Virus record (IMG/VR): IMGVR_UViG_3300037484_000435
Coordinates: 256,001 to 320,000 of that record
Length of the DNA: 64,000 bases
From: a virus
Lineage: Duplodnaviria; Caudoviricetes
Strand: one strand, 5' to 3'
In this document: in pieces, positions 26,267 through 35,300 of the stretch
How positions within the stretch are numbered: the first letter of the stretch is position 1
Layout: each line of letters starts with the position of its first letter
Notes under the pieces: model-generated
Told to the model about the DNA's origin: nothing
Database searches by the model: none
The model's input: only the letters and a program-made list of their open reading frames with translations
Made by a program: the position numbers and the translations under genes

Positions 26267-27246
26267 TATATTAACCCCAATTCCGTAAATTTATTATGTT
26301 TTCTAAATAAATAGAAAGTTGCATCTTTATATAACCATTGAGCAAGTTTGGAGAGCTGATGCTTACCACTTAAAACCCAATAATTTGTATTTGAGTTTTT
26401 CTTAACATAAACACCACCACCAACCTCAAGATGTTTTTTCGTAATATACAGAGCCCACTCGCACGTCTTTAAAGACCCAGCAGCAATGCACGCGTGACCA
26501 GTGAACAGCCCTTGGTTAGACACCTTGCCAGTTATACATCCATCTCCATCAAATAGTCCTCTAAAAAAGTGCCGAATAAGAACATCAGGTAACTCAGGTA
26601 AATCGAGATCTAGGTAAGTCTTATTTGGTACAATGTTATACTTAGATAAGTCGTTGACTATCTTTCTTGAAGATACACATAATGTATATGTATTTTGACA
26701 CGAATTCTCAATTAGGTGTGTCAACTTATACACAGACTGCAACTCTTCTTGCAAAGAATCAAGAATATGTTTATCCCTCTCAATTAATTTAAGCATAACA
26801 TTTTTTCTGTGTCTAGGAATCCCACCATCCGCCCACAATAAGCCAAGAAAGTAAGCCTTTCCCTCAGTATCAATTGTTCTAAAATAATTTTCATTGTCAA
26901 TCTTCCTTGTAAGAGATTTACTAATTGACTCATTAATAACACTCTGACACTGTGAAAGCCCTAGACATCTTGCCTTCGTCTTTATTGCTGCCTTCGAGTG
27001 GCCACACATTCTTTCTAAATCACTTAGCGAAGTTGTAGTATATAGTCTAAATAAAAGGTCCACCTCTTTATCAGTCCAAAATTTTCCCTTTGGTCGGTTA
27101 AATTTACATAACCCTAATCTATTTGCTTTTTCCCTGATTGTCTTTGCTTCTCTTCCTAATACCTTAGAGATCTCTTCATTACTTACATCGGAGTAAAGAA
27201 CCTTTAATGTTATAATTTCATCGTCAGACCATCTTAAACCACCCAT
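26266..27246 (-). CDS. Free-standing LAGLIDADG homing endonuclease 2 (326 aa, two N-terminal HTH-like repeats)
   Basis: AYFLGLLWADGGI and FFRGLFDGDGCI. N-terminal WSDDE and WTDKE repeats. AGGAG RBS. Confidence 0.9.
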   Translation of the reverse strand: MGGLRWSDDEIITLKVLYSDVSNEEISKVLGREAKTIREKANRLGLCKFNRPKGKFWTDKEVDLLFRLYTTTSLSDLERMCGHSKAAIKTKARCLGLSQCQSVINESISKSLTRKIDNENYFRTIDTEGKAYFLGLLWADGGIPRHRKNVMLKLIERDKHILDSLQEELQSVYKLTHLIENSCQNTYTLCVSSRKIVNDLSKYNIVPNKTYLDLDLPELPDVLIRHFFRGLFDGDGCITGKVSNQGLFTGHACIAAGSLKTCEWALYITKKHLEVGGGVYVKKNSNTNYWVLSGKHQLSKLAQWLYKDATFYLFRKHNKFTELGLI

Positions 27247-27257
27247 CTACTTTTCTC

Positions 27258-27980
27258 CTAACACGTTCCAGGACATATAGAAAAAGGTGTCTCCATACTA
27301 TAAGTAATAGTGGGAGCTTGGGGACTATTATAAGAAAGAGTAAACCCAGTCAAATAGGCATCTACATTGCTAAAACCGCCACAACCAGCCTGTGCTGTGA
27401 CACTCAGTTTAAATGTTGTATCTATTTCGTCTGTATCAAAATTAATTGGCCCGCCAGTATACTTCAAATGATTGTATTGAGTTGTAACTTGTGCCTTATA
27501 GGCAGCAAACTGATTAGCTTGAATATTAAATTTTGGTGCTGAAACCCCGCAGCCATCAACTATGAATTTTGAGTTTCCTTCGAGATCACCAGTAACAGTC
27601 ACCTGCTTCTTTTTCAGCGGGATCATAACCCAACGCCCCTTCTTTTTACCGAGACCACCATCAGCTAGGAGGCAGTCAGAATCAAGCCTACAGTCATAAA
27701 TTAGTTTCCAAGGCACATTTAGAGACAAGTTAACATCACATATCAACCCACACGTATAATCTTCTGGCGGTACAAACGGATAAGCCGTAATCTGTATTGT
27801 AGTTTTTCCAGGACCATACAAGTACAACCATTCATTAGGCAAAGGTATACAGTCGTTTGATTTGGGCTCCCTCTGTATATCAGGGGCGGTATCAACGGAA
27901 ATACTATTTACTCTGCCGCTAATATCCTCATTATTAACAAGAATTCTAACCGCGGTGGTATTACAACAAGGACACGCCAT
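27258..27980 (-). CDS. Cys-rich tail tube-fold-like structural protein (240 aa)
   Basis: 12 Cys counted. VNSISVD...GKTTIQITAY and AYLTGFTLSY...TITYSM parallel the strand pattern of the 243-aa protein. The GGAGG RBS lies inside the last codons of endonuclease 1. Confidence 0.55.
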   Translation of the reverse strand: MACPCCNTTAVRILVNNEDISGRVNSISVDTAPDIQREPKSNDCIPLPNEWLYLYGPGKTTIQITAYPFVPPEDYTCGLICDVNLSLNVPWKLIYDCRLDSDCLLADGGLGKKKGRWVMIPLKKKQVTVTGDLEGNSKFIVDGCGVSAPKFNIQANQFAAYKAQVTTQYNHLKYTGGPINFDTDEIDTTFKLSVTAQAGCGGFSNVDAYLTGFTLSYNSPQAPTITYSMETPFSICPGTC

Positions 27981-27984
27981 TTAG

Positions 27985-28797
27985 TTATTCCTCCAATAAA
28001 CCTGCTTCAACAAACTTATCATACTTCCTTGATAGAAAAAAGGGAGCATCTTGATAGAGCCATTGAGCGAATTTCGAAACCTTGGTTCTGCCTTGTAACT
28101 CGTAGATGGAAGAGCCATCATATTTGTGAACCATTTGACAGACACCAGCTTGTCTGGTAACTACTTCACTAACTGCCCAGAGAGCGTCACCGTTTCCCCT
28201 TATATTACACCTAGCTTTGTTAAATCCTAGGCTAACAGACCCATCAGCATCAAACAACCCTCTAATTAAGTGAGAGTATAAATCCTCTCTAATTTCAGGT
28301 ATCTTTAATATGTGTGCTTTCTTGGGAACCATTCCCCATTTAGCCAAATCATTAATCAATTTATAAGAAGAGATACGAAGCACAATCATTTCTTTGCGAC
28401 TTTGAGAGTTTCGTGCTATAGGAGAACTTGATTTCAATTGTTCTTTTATATAGTCGAGAACTTCTTGGTCTCTCTCGTGAATATGTATCGTAAGTCTAAA
28501 AAAGTCTTTGTCCACGTTTCCGTCCCCCAACAAAAATCCTAATATATATGCTTTGTCTGGAGCATCAATACTCTCGAAGTAACTTTCGTCAACTGTGTAT
28601 TTCCGTAAAGCATCACTGTTTATTCTCCGAAGGGACTCTTTCTCTTTGACAAGACCCAGTCGATTTGCTTTACGCCTTACAGACTGTCTAGTTCTACCTA
28701 ATAAGTCGGATAAATAAACATTACTATGAAAAGGGTATATCTTTTTTAATTGTTGCTCATCTTCTTCTGTCCATAAATTACTTGAAGTTTTTATCAT
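27985..28797 (-). CDS. Free-standing LAGLIDADG homing endonuclease 1 (270 aa, one N-terminal HTH-like repeat)
   Basis: AYILGFLLGDGNV and LIRGLFDADGSV. N-terminal WTEED...LGRT...KANRLGL repeat. GAGG RBS. Confidence 0.9.
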   Translation of the reverse strand: MIKTSSNLWTEEDEQQLKKIYPFHSNVYLSDLLGRTRQSVRRKANRLGLVKEKESLRRINSDALRKYTVDESYFESIDAPDKAYILGFLLGDGNVDKDFFRLTIHIHERDQEVLDYIKEQLKSSSPIARNSQSRKEMIVLRISSYKLINDLAKWGMVPKKAHILKIPEIREDLYSHLIRGLFDADGSVSLGFNKARCNIRGNGDALWAVSEVVTRQAGVCQMVHKYDGSSIYELQGRTKVSKFAQWLYQDAPFFLSRKYDKFVEAGLLEE

Positions 28798-28814
28798 AGA
28801 TACCTCTTTTTATT

Positions 28815-29879
28815 TTAAATTTGGAACACGTCGTATGAACCCACAGCAGGGCCCCCGCGGGCGATGTCGCGGTGATCGTGGGGCGGTATGATGTCAAATT
28901 TTATTGAACAAGTTTGCCCTGTTCTCGGATGTACAAATGTCACCTGTGCCGGATAGTCACCTGTAATGGTAAACTCATACCCTTTAGCACTGGGGTCCGC
29001 AGGAGTTCCTATATTAACTGAAACCGGAAATGCCTTTTCTCCTACAGTCATACCAGATTTCTTATTTCCACGCGAGCCGGAAAAAGACTTAGGTGCTGGA
29101 TTACAATGGCAACAACAAGCAGCCATAGCCTCACACTGTGCTACATCTATAAGTCTCCCACTCTCTACTTCCATAATCTGCACAAATATACGCATCCCCG
29201 CACTGACCCAAGCAGAGGGAGGTTCCATCCGCAAAGGAACCTTAGAGGCATCACTTTCACGGCCAGAAGAACTTGGTGCAGGACTGCCTTTAGGAGACTT
29301 TCCCTGCGGGTCTGGTGTTTTTATAAGGGGGCTGTGTTCACTTCCTAAGGAAGACCCAGAACTCACATCAGAAATCCCTTTTTTACCAGCAGCAACTTTA
29401 TGGGCCCGCGTCATTTCACCCGCTTGTCTGCGGTGACCAGTCGTAATGACAGCAAAAGCATCCTCAGTCATTTTAAAACGTCTAGTAAACTTAGGGCCAA
29501 CACGCATCTTTACAAAAACATCTTCCGCCACGTAATCGATCAGAATCCTACGAGAGTCACTCCAATGTGGGCGGGTTTTCATACCAGTAACATACCCAGT
29601 AAACAGGGTGGGCAAATTACCTAAATCTGTACCCACACCAGCCTTTACTTCAATCTTATCTCCTAGGTTGTTGTTAATCGCTACATTTCCACTCATGAAC
29701 TTAGGGTCAATCCAAGCGGAAAGGGAGCAACTAAGTTGGGCAGTGGGACTTGTTCTATTTCTAGTGATAGAGAAAGTCATTATATCCCCAGAGGACGACT
29801 CCATCCTACTAGGAGTGCTGAATACATATGCCCCTATCTGAATAACCGCCGATACTTTTTCTAGGTCTAACGTAGCCAT
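28815..29879 (-). CDS. Baseplate/tail hub-like protein (354 aa)
   Basis: IEVKAGVG...LFTGYVTG...IDYVAED resembles the N-terminal motif of gpD/gp27/Mu gp44-type hub proteins. It is the second gene after the TMP. Also contains CCCHC and a C-terminal HDH. Confidence 0.55.
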   Translation of the reverse strand: MATLDLEKVSAVIQIGAYVFSTPSRMESSSGDIMTFSITRNRTSPTAQLSCSLSAWIDPKFMSGNVAINNNLGDKIEVKAGVGTDLGNLPTLFTGYVTGMKTRPHWSDSRRILIDYVAEDVFVKMRVGPKFTRRFKMTEDAFAVITTGHRRQAGEMTRAHKVAAGKKGISDVSSGSSLGSEHSPLIKTPDPQGKSPKGSPAPSSSGRESDASKVPLRMEPPSAWVSAGMRIFVQIMEVESGRLIDVAQCEAMAACCCHCNPAPKSFSGSRGNKKSGMTVGEKAFPVSVNIGTPADPSAKGYEFTITGDYPAQVTFVHPRTGQTCSIKFDIIPPHDHRDIARGGPAVGSYDVFQI

Positions 29880-29884
29880 ATACC

Positions 29885-29892
29885 CCTCCTTA
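29885..29892 (-). promoter_or_regulatory. Full-consensus Shine-Dalgarno (TAAGGAGG) that overlaps the stop codon of the 832-aa gene
   Basis: The minus strand reads ATT-TAAGGAGG-GGT-ATGGCT, indicating bacterial-type translational coupling. Confidence 0.75.
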
Positions 29893-32388
29893 AATCTCCA
29901 TTGGATTATTATACAATTGGACTTTTACTTTATCGCCTACTTCCCACGGCCAAGGTTGTACATTCCATGCATTAACAATACCTATCCCTTGCACCTTTAC
30001 TTTAAACAAACTCCCGTAATCATGGCTAACGATACGCCCATCAACCTCTTCTGTTTTAGCCCGTTTACTTTTCAACCCGCCAGCGGATGCTTGATTAATC
30101 GTTATCGGCCCCACCTCAACCGTCATATTAAAAACTGAACTGTCTGTGTACTGAAAAGTAATAATGTTGATGGTGCGGGGGCCATAAGGAGTAGTAACTG
30201 TTTTGCCTAAAGAAGGTACCTCTTCTTGTGTCCTAGGAGGACCACATACATAGGTCATATGTCTATTAGGCTCGTCACGAAAACTATCAAAGTAGCCAAA
30301 TAAGTTTCTAGCAATCTCGTGACAAGTATTCCCTATACTGTCAAAAGAAGCACGCAGGTTAGCTGGATCCACTCCGTCTCCACCACCTCCACCGGTCGAA
30401 AAACTCGGGAAAAGAAACGGTAAGCTCAATTCAAGGTTAACTCCTGTAGATGCTTCTTGCAATTTTTCTGTATCCCCGACTCTATTTTCTACAGTACAAT
30501 ACATATTATCCCACACGTCAGTGTCTGGGTCGACAACCTTGTCAAACCCAGTGTTACCGCACGCAGCTACAGGGGGAGGCATATCAACTAAATAGATAGG
30601 CATAACTCTAACTTTTATTCCAGACAGGAAGGATTCTACATCTCTTCCTTTTCCCTGCACTATTAATCCTGGACGGGAAAGATTCAATTTAGCCCACCAA
30701 GTATCCACCGTAAACATACTATCACCACTAAGACCAAATAAATACCCAGGACGCTTTAAAGACAACTCGTTAACGATCCACGCATAATTACCATATCCTG
30801 CCATAGACCCCAACCCATTGGCCCAACTGTGTGAAACCCGCTTCATCATAAGGAACGCCCAGTGGTTTAACCATTCTACAGAATCTCCACCACATGCAGT
30901 AGAGTCTGGGCCCCAACCCCAAATTCTTCCACCAAACCCAAAACCATCTTCCATTGTACAGTAAGTACCGCAGTTCGGGGCCTGGGCACGTATAGCATAG
31001 CTTATTCTGCCCTCTGCCGATACACTCCCAGCTGGTATTTCCACGTAGCTGGAGTGGGGGATATCGAAAGTCTGTGATTCCTTTTGTATGCCAATAAAGA
31101 TAGGAGTAGTCGGACCTATACTAATGTTACGTGCCCGAAATTTCTCAAAACCCATTAGAGCAGCACCATTTCCAACCATTGCTGATGTGGATTCATACAT
31201 ATTATCCTCTTGGCTGTCGTAACAAATATTTGAACCAACATCCCATTTACTTATGTCAGAAAAATCAATCTGCGAGATAAGGCTCCCATAACCAAAAAAA
31301 GAAGGTATTGTATGTTCTGACCATTGAATACTAGGCTTCTTTTTGGCATCATCAGAGGCTTTACTGACACTCTCACAACTATCACTAGTAGAGGAGGAAT
31401 CTAAGCTACCCATATCCAGTAGAAGAGAGGGAGTGCTTCCAGGACCAGTGTGACAACTAGGACCAAAATAACTTTCTAGACCGTTACCCCCTCCCACCGA
31501 TAGTAAGGCAGGGAACTCCGAACTTTTAACAAACTGTATATTGTAATGACGTAATAAATTGTCATCCTCCGTACCAAAGTCTACGTCCGTCATCCAGAAT
31601 AATATACTCATATGGGGACCGACCTCAAATAAATCATTAATACCGTCCCTATAACCACCCTTTTTTTCGTACTCTGGATAAATAATTCCACCATGTTGAC
31701 TAAAAATACCATGGGAACATGTAGGGTCATCCCCGGGGTTATTTCCCTCGGAACTTACTTGGCCCCAAGTGAACTTAGTTCCCTGAACAGGCGGGGCAAA
31801 CCTACTGCTCTCGATACTCATATTCTTAGCACCCATATTTGGAACCAAATGGTTCATCAGAGGGCCAGACAAATCTGCAATCTTGATTATCGACCCCGCA
31901 CCTCCATCAATTATCTGCATCCAGTCACCGCATTGACGAAAGGGAGGGGGATCAGCAGCTCGAACCACCACCATATCAACAAGAGAATTAAACTGAACAC
32001 TGGGTAAACAATACTGTACATGAGCCAAAGTAAATATATCAGAGGAGGAACTACTACCCTGCAAGACTTTTTGAAAACGAGCGAACCCAAATTCATCCGC
32101 AAAACATTCCCAATATTCCCCGTCCAACAATTTAGCGGAAAGGGACATACGTATACAGGCATAGGGGTCTTGATTGAGTATGTCGAGGGGACAGCAAGAA
32201 GAATACTCATTCTCAGGAACGGTACCTCGGATAGGTATATCATATTTCTCTAACACCTTACGTGCTAAATTGTTACCTTGTTTACGGCACTCTGCTGTAG
32301 TTTTGTCCCACGCAGGTTGAGCACAGGGGTCCCCATAACGTAATTTACCTTCGTCCTTTAATAATCGTCCTTGTGCAGATAATGTCAT
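29890..32388 (-). CDS. Tail tip/baseplate hub-like protein (832 aa, Cys-rich) with a possible C-terminal OB-fold
   Basis: First gene after the TMP. About 19 Cys. The C-terminal VDGRIVSHDYGSLFKVKV...WEVGDKVKVQLY is OB-fold-like. ECFADEFGFARF and PSLGKTV...INIITFQY...MTVEVG are hub-like segments (by eye). Confidence 0.55.
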   Translation of the reverse strand: MTLSAQGRLLKDEGKLRYGDPCAQPAWDKTTAECRKQGNNLARKVLEKYDIPIRGTVPENEYSSCCPLDILNQDPYACIRMSLSAKLLDGEYWECFADEFGFARFQKVLQGSSSSSDIFTLAHVQYCLPSVQFNSLVDMVVVRAADPPPFRQCGDWMQIIDGGAGSIIKIADLSGPLMNHLVPNMGAKNMSIESSRFAPPVQGTKFTWGQVSSEGNNPGDDPTCSHGIFSQHGGIIYPEYEKKGGYRDGINDLFEVGPHMSILFWMTDVDFGTEDDNLLRHYNIQFVKSSEFPALLSVGGGNGLESYFGPSCHTGPGSTPSLLLDMGSLDSSSTSDSCESVSKASDDAKKKPSIQWSEHTIPSFFGYGSLISQIDFSDISKWDVGSNICYDSQEDNMYESTSAMVGNGAALMGFEKFRARNISIGPTTPIFIGIQKESQTFDIPHSSYVEIPAGSVSAEGRISYAIRAQAPNCGTYCTMEDGFGFGGRIWGWGPDSTACGGDSVEWLNHWAFLMMKRVSHSWANGLGSMAGYGNYAWIVNELSLKRPGYLFGLSGDSMFTVDTWWAKLNLSRPGLIVQGKGRDVESFLSGIKVRVMPIYLVDMPPPVAACGNTGFDKVVDPDTDVWDNMYCTVENRVGDTEKLQEASTGVNLELSLPFLFPSFSTGGGGGDGVDPANLRASFDSIGNTCHEIARNLFGYFDSFRDEPNRHMTYVCGPPRTQEEVPSLGKTVTTPYGPRTINIITFQYTDSSVFNMTVEVGPITINQASAGGLKSKRAKTEEVDGRIVSHDYGSLFKVKVQGIGIVNAWNVQPWPWEVGDKVKVQLYNNPMEI

Positions 32389-32394
32389 TCGTTA

Positions 32395-35300
32395 TTAATC
32401 TCCAAATTCACTATTAGGTGTGCGAGGTACTGCTGACGGAACTTGCTGCTGACCAGCAGACGATTTAGCCTGATTCGCTGCTTCTAATGCATCTTTGGCT
32501 ATCCTCTCCGCGTCGGTAGCTTTCTGTACTGCAGTGTCTACACTAGTCTTCAAACCTGATGTGTCTTTTTCCTGTAGTTTTGCCTGATCTTCCAGTTTTG
32601 CCAGGGTCTCTTGAGCCCTATCCACTATACTTTGTAGTTGCTTGGTTAATTCTGGGCTAGCAGCATTTTCAGCAGAAGCAGCAACTCCGGCTGCACCCTT
32701 AACTGCATCTAGGGCCTCCTTAACTTTTTCTGTAACTGTGTTTTTAAATTCCTCTTGTGTTAGGAACCCACTTTCTTTAACTTGATTCGCTATAGCTCCA
32801 ACTGACCCCTCTGCCAAGACTGCTGTAACTTGAGCACCTGGGGCCAACTCAACTTTGATACCTTGGAGTTTCTCAGCGACCGCACTACCAATGTTACCAC
32901 CAGCAGCATTTAAGGCTTCCACTAAGGAATTTATAGCGGTTTCTAAAGTCGAACCCTTCTCCGTACTTTGATTCTCCAACTGCCTAAAATTACCTTCAGA
33001 CGGCGTGGCATACGGTGAAGTAGCAGGGGGTACCGCTGGAACTTCCGTACCTGCTGGTTTAGTTTCAGGTACTGTTGGATTTACTGGTGGAGTAACTTCT
33101 TTTGCTTTCTCCTCTTGTTTTGAATTTTCTAGAGCGGTCTTCACATCTTGTACCGCTTTTAAGATACCTTCCTCAACTGTTTTTGTCTCTAAAGCTTTCT
33201 GGATGGCCCCAAGTTTCTCTTCCAATGGACCTAGGGAGGCTCCCATTTTATCTGTATTAAAAACCCCTTCTTTTGTGGGTGTTGTGGGATTTACCCATGC
33301 TTGACTAGGTTCCATTCGTAGTGGAGTCATTGCAGATGTCACCCCATCGCCTGCTCTGTAGGGGGAGGAATACTTACTGGGGTCAGTCGACACAACAACT
33401 TGAGACTGTGTAGATGCTGTACTAGGTTGAAAACCCCTATAGTCGTAACCTTTATTACTCTGTGCTGTATCTGGGTTTATCCCCGTGCTAAGCATTCTGT
33501 CTCTCTCTTCGTTTAACGAAGCTCTAGTACGCATAGCGGCGGCGTCACCTGCATTGGCTCCTACTTCATCAATACTACCAGCACGATTAACTCTACCCAT
33601 CATTTGAGCGTCAACAATATGTGTTCCCCTACCCCCTAACATTTCAGGCCAGTTAGTAACAAATACTTGAGTAATCCCCTCGGCAGCCTTTGCAGCTGAA
33701 ATACCGCCTGCCTGTCCAGTTTTAGGTCCTCCGTAAACTGGTCCCACACCAACCTTATCCGGAATAGAGTCTGAAGCAGCTTTATAGTAGCGAGGATCCA
33801 CAATACCCTTTTCTTGATCAGCATAATAGTTAGGAACTTCCCCGCCCGCGTCTCTAATCTTTTGTTTTTGTTTCTCATAATAGGACCATGCTTCTGGTTC
33901 TAATTGTACACCTGCGGCTATATGTCTTTGAGTTCTATACGCAAGCATCTGGTCTCTTGTCCACGCACCACCAGTAGCAGGTTTTCCTTGATCGGCTAAA
34001 CCACCAGTACCAGTAGCAGGACCCTCAGCAGGAAATAATCCTCCCTGTGGCATTACCATACCACCAGATAGACCAGCATTCATAAAATCACCTTGGTTAG
34101 GAAACGCTCTAGTAAGATCACCAAAATTCTTGGGCATAGGTAAAATATTTGGCTGTGTGGCGGCATCTACACGAGCCTGTTCTTCCCCAGGAGTTCTTAA
34201 AATAGAAGGTTTTTCGTTTGGTACTTGAATACCAGCAAGTCGCATATTGGCAGCTTGAACACTAGTACCCATAGTTCCTGGCATAATAGCAGGGCCTTTA
34301 AGCCGAACCTTTAGAGCTAATTGTTCTTCGGGAGTATTAGCCCCCTGCTTCATATAAGCTTGTTCTTCCCAAAGTTCCATATGCTCTGGTTTAATCTGGG
34401 ATTCTCTTTTATTAAACAAATTGCCCATATCCGCACCAGTCCAACCCTCAGGAACATTTCCTGTGCGTAACGTATCCTCTTGCTCTGGCGTTAACCCAGT
34501 AAGTCTAGACTCCCAATCTCGACCCGTCCCTGTGCGTGCTCCAGTAAAAGTACTTTTCATATAAGCAGGCATACCGCCCGTAATAATTTCTTTTTCGGAA
34601 ACTTGCTGATACTCTGTTAATTGTTTTCTTGCGGCTTCCTGCTTTTCATCAAACTCTTTTCCGCCCTTTCCAAAAAGACCCTTTATGCCTGTCCATCCTA
34701 TTTGCCCACCAGAAGATTTTGTAGCCATATCATACGCTTCTTGTCCGTGTTTCTCAACAAATCCAGCTTTTATTATTTCATCCATTTGGCTACGAGCCCC
34801 ACTATAAGTATGGCCCCTTTTGCCACCAGTAATAAATTCTTCAGCCTTTCCTATACCCCCCCAAATAGTTGGAGAGATCAATCCTTTGGCTCCCCCTAAG
34901 GCATACTCTGGAAGGAATTTGCTGACCACATTTTCTCCCATTTCTAGAGTTCCTCCTAGGGCCCCCATAATCGTTTCGGCTCCTTTCAACATGGTGTTAG
35001 GCACAACCCCCAAGGGCTCTACATACGGAGCAATTGCTTCTACAGCACCACCAAGTTTTCCTTCTTTTCCTAACCCCAAACCCTCTTTAACTTGCCCCCC
35101 TACTTCTCCCCAATACTTGGAGGCCATCTGTAAAGTAGGATCCAAGGCTAAGCCTTTTACACCTTCGTTTGCAAAATTCATGGCTATCTCACTAGCTAAG
35201 ACACCACCACCAAACCTCAATGGAACTTTAAGAGCACTCAATCCTTTTAGATTATTGAGCCCAGGAAGAGTTTCCGATACCATTGTTTGTCCCAGCCCAA

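Larger units (their letters stand above)
23819..28797 (-). mobile_element. Cluster of four free-standing LAGLIDADG homing-endonuclease genes interleaved with structural genes
   Basis: Four two-motif LAGLIDADG ORFs, each between two structural genes. They are AT-richer than the TMP gene (about one third GC in the lines I counted) and have no intein or intron flanks. Confidence 0.75.

Noticed and set aside
23819-28797. Endonucleases as inteins or group I intron ORFs
   Set aside because: Each has its own start, RBS and stop, with no Cys/Ser N-terminal or His-Asn C-terminal splicing motifs. Flanking non-coding gaps (0-70 nt) are too short for an intron core.
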